A DNA stretch of 64,000 nt, from contig JBNRSN020000009.1 in assembly GCA_051313645.2 (NCBI GenBank), positions 25,730,001 to 25,794,000 on the forward strand, read 5' to 3'. Source of the stretch: Centroscyllium fabricii. Lineage: Eukaryota. How positions within the stretch are numbered: position 1 is the first letter of the stretch; each line of letters begins with the position of its first letter. Of the stretch, positions 59,401 to 64,000 are shown piece after piece. The notes under the pieces are model-generated. The model had not been told where the DNA came from. It did not search any database and saw only the letters and a program-made list of their open reading frames with translations. The position numbers and the translations under genes were made by a program.

Positions 59401-62400
59401 GATTGGGGAACAATGCAAGAGATTGGAGAACAATGCAAGGGATTGGGGAACAATGTAGGAGATTGGGGAACAATGCAGGAGATTGGGGAACAATGCAAGA
59501 GATTGGAGAACAATGCAAGGGATTGGGGAACAATGCCAGAGATTGGGGAACAATGCAAGGGATTGGGGGAACAATGCAAGGGATTGGGGAACAATGCAAG
59601 GGATTGGGGAACAATGCATGAGATTGGGGAACAATGCAGGAGATTGGGGAACAATGCAGGCGATTGGGGAACAATGCAAGTGATTGGGGGAACAATGCAA
59701 GGGATTGAGGAACAATGTAAAGGATTGGGGAACAATGTAAGCGATTGGGGAACAATGCAGGAGATTGGGGAACAGTGCAGGAGATTGGGGAACAATGCAG
59801 GAGATTGGGGAACAATGCAAGGGATTGGGGAACAATGCAGGGGATTGGGAACAAAGCAAGGGATTGGGGAACAATGCAGGAGATTGGGGAACAATGCAGG
59901 AGATTGGGGAACAATACAAGGGATTGGGGAACAATGCAAGAGATTGGAGGACAATGCAAGGGATTGGGGAACAATACAGGAGATTGGGGAACAATGCAGG
60001 AGATTGGGGAACAATGCAAGAGATTGGAGAAGAATGCAAGGGATTGGGGAACAATTCAGGAGATTGGGGAACAATGCAAGGGTTTGGGGGAACAATGCAA
60101 GGGATTGGGGACAAAGCAAGGGATTGGGGAACAATGAAGGAGATTGGGGAACAATGCAGGAGATTGGGGAACAATGCAAGGGATTGGGGAACAATGCAAG
60201 GGATTGGGGAACAATGCAAGGGATTGGGGAACAATGCAAGAGATTGGGGTACAATGCAGGAGATTGGGGAACAATGCAGGCGATTGGGGAACAATGCAAG
60301 GGATTTGGGGAACAATGCAAGGGATTGGGGAACAATGCAAGGGATTGGGGAACAATGCAAGGGATTGGGGAACAATGCAAGAGATTGGGGAACAATGCAG
60401 GAGATTGGGGAACAATGCAGGAGATTGGGGAACAATGCAAGTGATTGGGGGAAAAATGCAAGTGATTGGGGAACAATGCAAGGGATTGGGGAACAATGTA
60501 AGCGATTGGGGAACAATGCAGGAGATTGGGGAACAGTGCAGGAGATTGGGGAACAATGCAGGAGATTGGGGAACAATGCAAGGGATTGGGGAACAATGCA
60601 GGTGATTGGGAACAAAGCAAGCGATTGGGGAACAATGCAGGAGATTGGGGAACCATGCAGGAGATTGGGGAACAATGCAAGGGATTGGGGAACAATGCAA
60701 GAGACTGGAGAACAATGCAAGGGATTGGGGAACAATGCAAGAGACTGGAGAACAATGCAAGGGATTGGGGAACAATGCAGGAGATTGGGGAACAATGCAG
60801 GAGATTGGGGAACAATGCAAGAGATTGGAGAACAATGCAAGGGATTGGGGAACAATACAGGAGATTGGGGAACAATGCAAGGGATTGGGGGAACAATGCA
60901 AGGGATTGGGGACAAAGCAAGGGATTGGGGAACAATGCAGGAGATTGGAGAACAATGCAGGAGATTGGGGAACAATGCAAGGGATTGGGGAACAATGCAA
61001 GGGATTAGGGAACAATGCAAGGGATTGGGGAACAATGCAAGGGATTGGGGAACAATGCAAGAGATTGGGGAACAATGCATGAGATTGGGGAACAATGCTG
61101 GAGATTTGGGAACAATGCAAGGGATTGGGGAACAATGCAAGAGATTGGGGAACAATGCAGGAGATTGGGGAACAATGCAGGAGATTGGGGAACAATGCAG
61201 GAGATTTGGGAACAATGCAAGTGATTGGGGAATAATGCAAGGGATTGGGGAACAATGCAGGAGATTGGGGAACAATGCAAGAGATTGGGGAACAATGTAA
61301 GGGATTGGTGAACAATGCAAGGGATTGGGGAACAATGCAAGGAATTGGGGGAACAATGCAAGAGATTGGGAACAATGCAAGGGATTGGGGAACAATGTAA
61401 CAGATTGGGGAACAATGTATGAGATTGGGGGAGCAATGCAAGGGATTGGGGAACAATGCAAGTGATTGGTGAACAATGCAAGGGATTAGGGAACAATGCA
61501 AGAGATTGGAGAACAATGCAAGGGATTGGGGAACAATGCAAGGGATTGGGGGGAAATGCAGGAGATTGGGGAACAATGCAGGAGATTGGGGATCAATGCA
61601 AGAGATTGGAGAACAATGCAAGGGATTGGGGAACAATGCAGGAGATTGGGGAAAAATGCAAGGGATTGGTGAACAATGCAAGGGATTGGGGACAAAGCAA
61701 GGGATTGGGGAACCATGCAGGAGATTTGGGAACAATGCAGGAGATTGGGGAACAATGCAAGGGATTGGGGAACAATGCAAGAGATTGGGGAACAATGCAA
61801 GGGATTGGGGAACAATGCAAGCGATTGGTGAACAATGCAAGGAATTGGGGAACAATGCAAGTGATTGGGGAACAATGCAGGAGATTGGGGAACAATGCAA
61901 GGGATTGGGGAACAATGCAAGAGATTGGGGAACAATGCAAGGGATTGGGGAACAATGCAAGCGATTGGTGAACAATGCAAGGGATTTGGGGAACAATGCA
62001 AGAGATTGGGGAACAATGCAAGGGATTGGGGAACAATGCAAGGGATTGGGGAACAATGCAAGAGATTGGGGAACAATGCAGGAGATTGGGGAACAATGCA
62101 GGAGATTGGGGAACAATGCAAGTGATTGGGGGAACAATGCAAGTGATTGGGGAACAATGCAAGGGATTGGGGAACAATGTAAGCGATTGGGGAACAATGC
62201 AGGAGATTGGGGAACAGTGCAGGAGATTGGGGAACAATGCAGGAGATTGGGGAACAATGCAAGGGATTGGGGAACAATGCAGGTGATTGGGAACAAAGCA
62301 AGCGATTGGGGAACAATGCAGGAGATTGGGGAACCATGCAGGAGATTGGGGAACAATGCAAGGGATTGGGGAACAATGCAAGAGACTGGAGAACAATGCA

Positions 62401-64000
62401 AGGGATTGGGGAACAATGCAGGAGATTGGGGAACAATGCAGGAGATTGGGGAACAATGCAAGAGATTGGAGAACAATGCAAGGGATTGGGGAACAATACA
62501 GGAGATTGGGGAACAATGCAAGGGATTGGGGGAACAATGCAAGGGGTTGGGGACAAAGCAAGGGATTGGGGAACAATGCAGGAGATTGGGGAACAATGCA
62601 GGAGATTGGGGAACAATGCAAGGGATTGGGGAACAATGCAAGGGATTAGGGAACAATGCAAGGGATTGGGGAACAATGCAAGGGATTGGGGAACAATGCA
62701 AGAGATTGGGGAACAATGCATGAGATTGGGGAACAATGCTGGAGATTTGGGAACAATGCAAGGGATTGGGGAACAATGCAAGAGATTGGGGAACAATGCA
62801 GGAGATTGGGGAACAATGCAGGAGATTGGGGAACAATGCAGGAGATTTGGGAACAATGCAAGTGATTGGGGAATAATGCAAGGGATTGGGGAACAATGCA
62901 GGAGATTGGGGAACAATGCAAGAGATTGGGGAACAATGTAAGGGATTGGTGAACAATGCAAGGGATTGGGGAACAATGCAAGGAATTGGGGGAACAATGC
63001 AAGAGATTGGGAACAATGCAAGGGATTGGGGAACAATGTAACAGATTGGGGAACAATGTATGAGATTGGGGGAGCAATGCAAGGGATTGGGGAACAATGC
63101 AAGTGATTGGTGAACAATGCAAGGGATTAGGGAACAATGCAAGAGATTGGAGAACAATGCAAGGGATTGGGGAACAATGCAAGGGATTGGGGGAAAATGC
63201 AGGAGATTGGGGAACAATGCAGGAGATTGGGGATCAATGCAAGAGATTGGAGAACAATGCAAGGGATTGGGGAACAATGCAGGAGATTGGGGAAAAATGC
63301 AAGGGATTGGTGAACAATGCAAGGGATTGGGGACAAAGCAAGGGATTGGGGAACCATGCAGGAGATTTGGGAACAATGCAGGAGATTGGGGAACAATGCA
63401 AGGGATTGGGGAACAATGCAAGAGATTGGGGAACAATGCAAGGGATTGGGGAACAATGCAAGCGATTGGTGAACAATGCAAGGAATTGGGGAACAATGCA
63501 AGTGATTGGGGAACAATGCAGGAGTTTGGGAAACAATGCAGGCGATTGGGGAACAATGCAGGAGATTGGGGGAACAATGCAAGGGATTGGGAACAATGCA
63601 AGGGATTGGGGAACAATGTAACAGATTGGGGAACAATGTATGAGATTGGGGGAGCAATGCAAGGGATTGGGGAACAATGCAAGTGATTGGTGAACAATGC
63701 AAGGGATTAGGGAACAATGCAAGAGATTGGAGAACAATGCAAGGGATTGGGGAACAATGCAAGGGATTGGGGAACAATGCAGGAGATTGGGGAACAATGC
63801 AGGAGATTGGGGATCAATGCAAGAGATTGGAGAACAATGCAAGGGATTGGGGAACAATGCAGGAGATTGGGGAAAAATGCAAGGGATTGGTGAACAATGC
63901 AAGGGATTGGGGGACAAAGCAGGCGATTGGGGGAACAATGCAGGCGATTGGGGAACAATGCAAGTGATTGGGGAACAATGCAAGCGATTGGGGAACAATG

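Larger units (their letters stand above)
45621..64000. repeat. 20-bp satellite, consensus GGGATTGGGGAACAATGCAA, about 18 kb with higher-order repeats
   Basis: Continuous tandem array visible to the window end, interrupted by the Gypsy element and three copies of a SINE fragment. Confidence 0.97.

Noticed and set aside
47701-63998. Very long ORFs (up to 2239 aa) of PNPLHCSPIPCIVPQSLALF or GNNARDWGTMQGIGEQCK repeats
   Set aside because: Translations of a 20-bp satellite that rarely produces stops; open in all frames with no domain content.

Overview
Repeat-rich vertebrate genomic DNA. The repeat families (HE1-like V-SINEs, Deu-domain SINE, CR1, Rex1/Babar and RTE LINEs, Penelope-like hairpins) point to a cartilaginous fish. 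The minus strand carries the first three coding exons of the transmembrane prolyl 4-hydroxylase P4HTM (45503-45090, 32374-32293, 3127-2937). Nested antisense in its 29-kb second intron is a complete four-exon, 299-aa secreted Frizzled-related gene that I recognise as Crescent/frzb2 (8743-30844). Notable mobile elements: (1) a young 2.65-kb PIF/Harbinger-type element with perfect 56-bp TIRs that encodes only an intact, spliced MADF protein and has no direct TSD; (2) a dead hAT transposon with a solo LTR inserted at its start codon; (3) an internally deleted Gypsy element whose primer-binding position is complementary to its own LTR, suggesting self-priming; (4) Penelope-like palindromes carrying minimal hammerhead ribozyme motifs. 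An 18-kb 20-bp satellite with higher-order structure begins about 115 bp upstream of the P4HTM start codon and runs to the window end. Most long ORFs in the track are repeat artefacts. All family names come from recognition of motifs, not from database searches.
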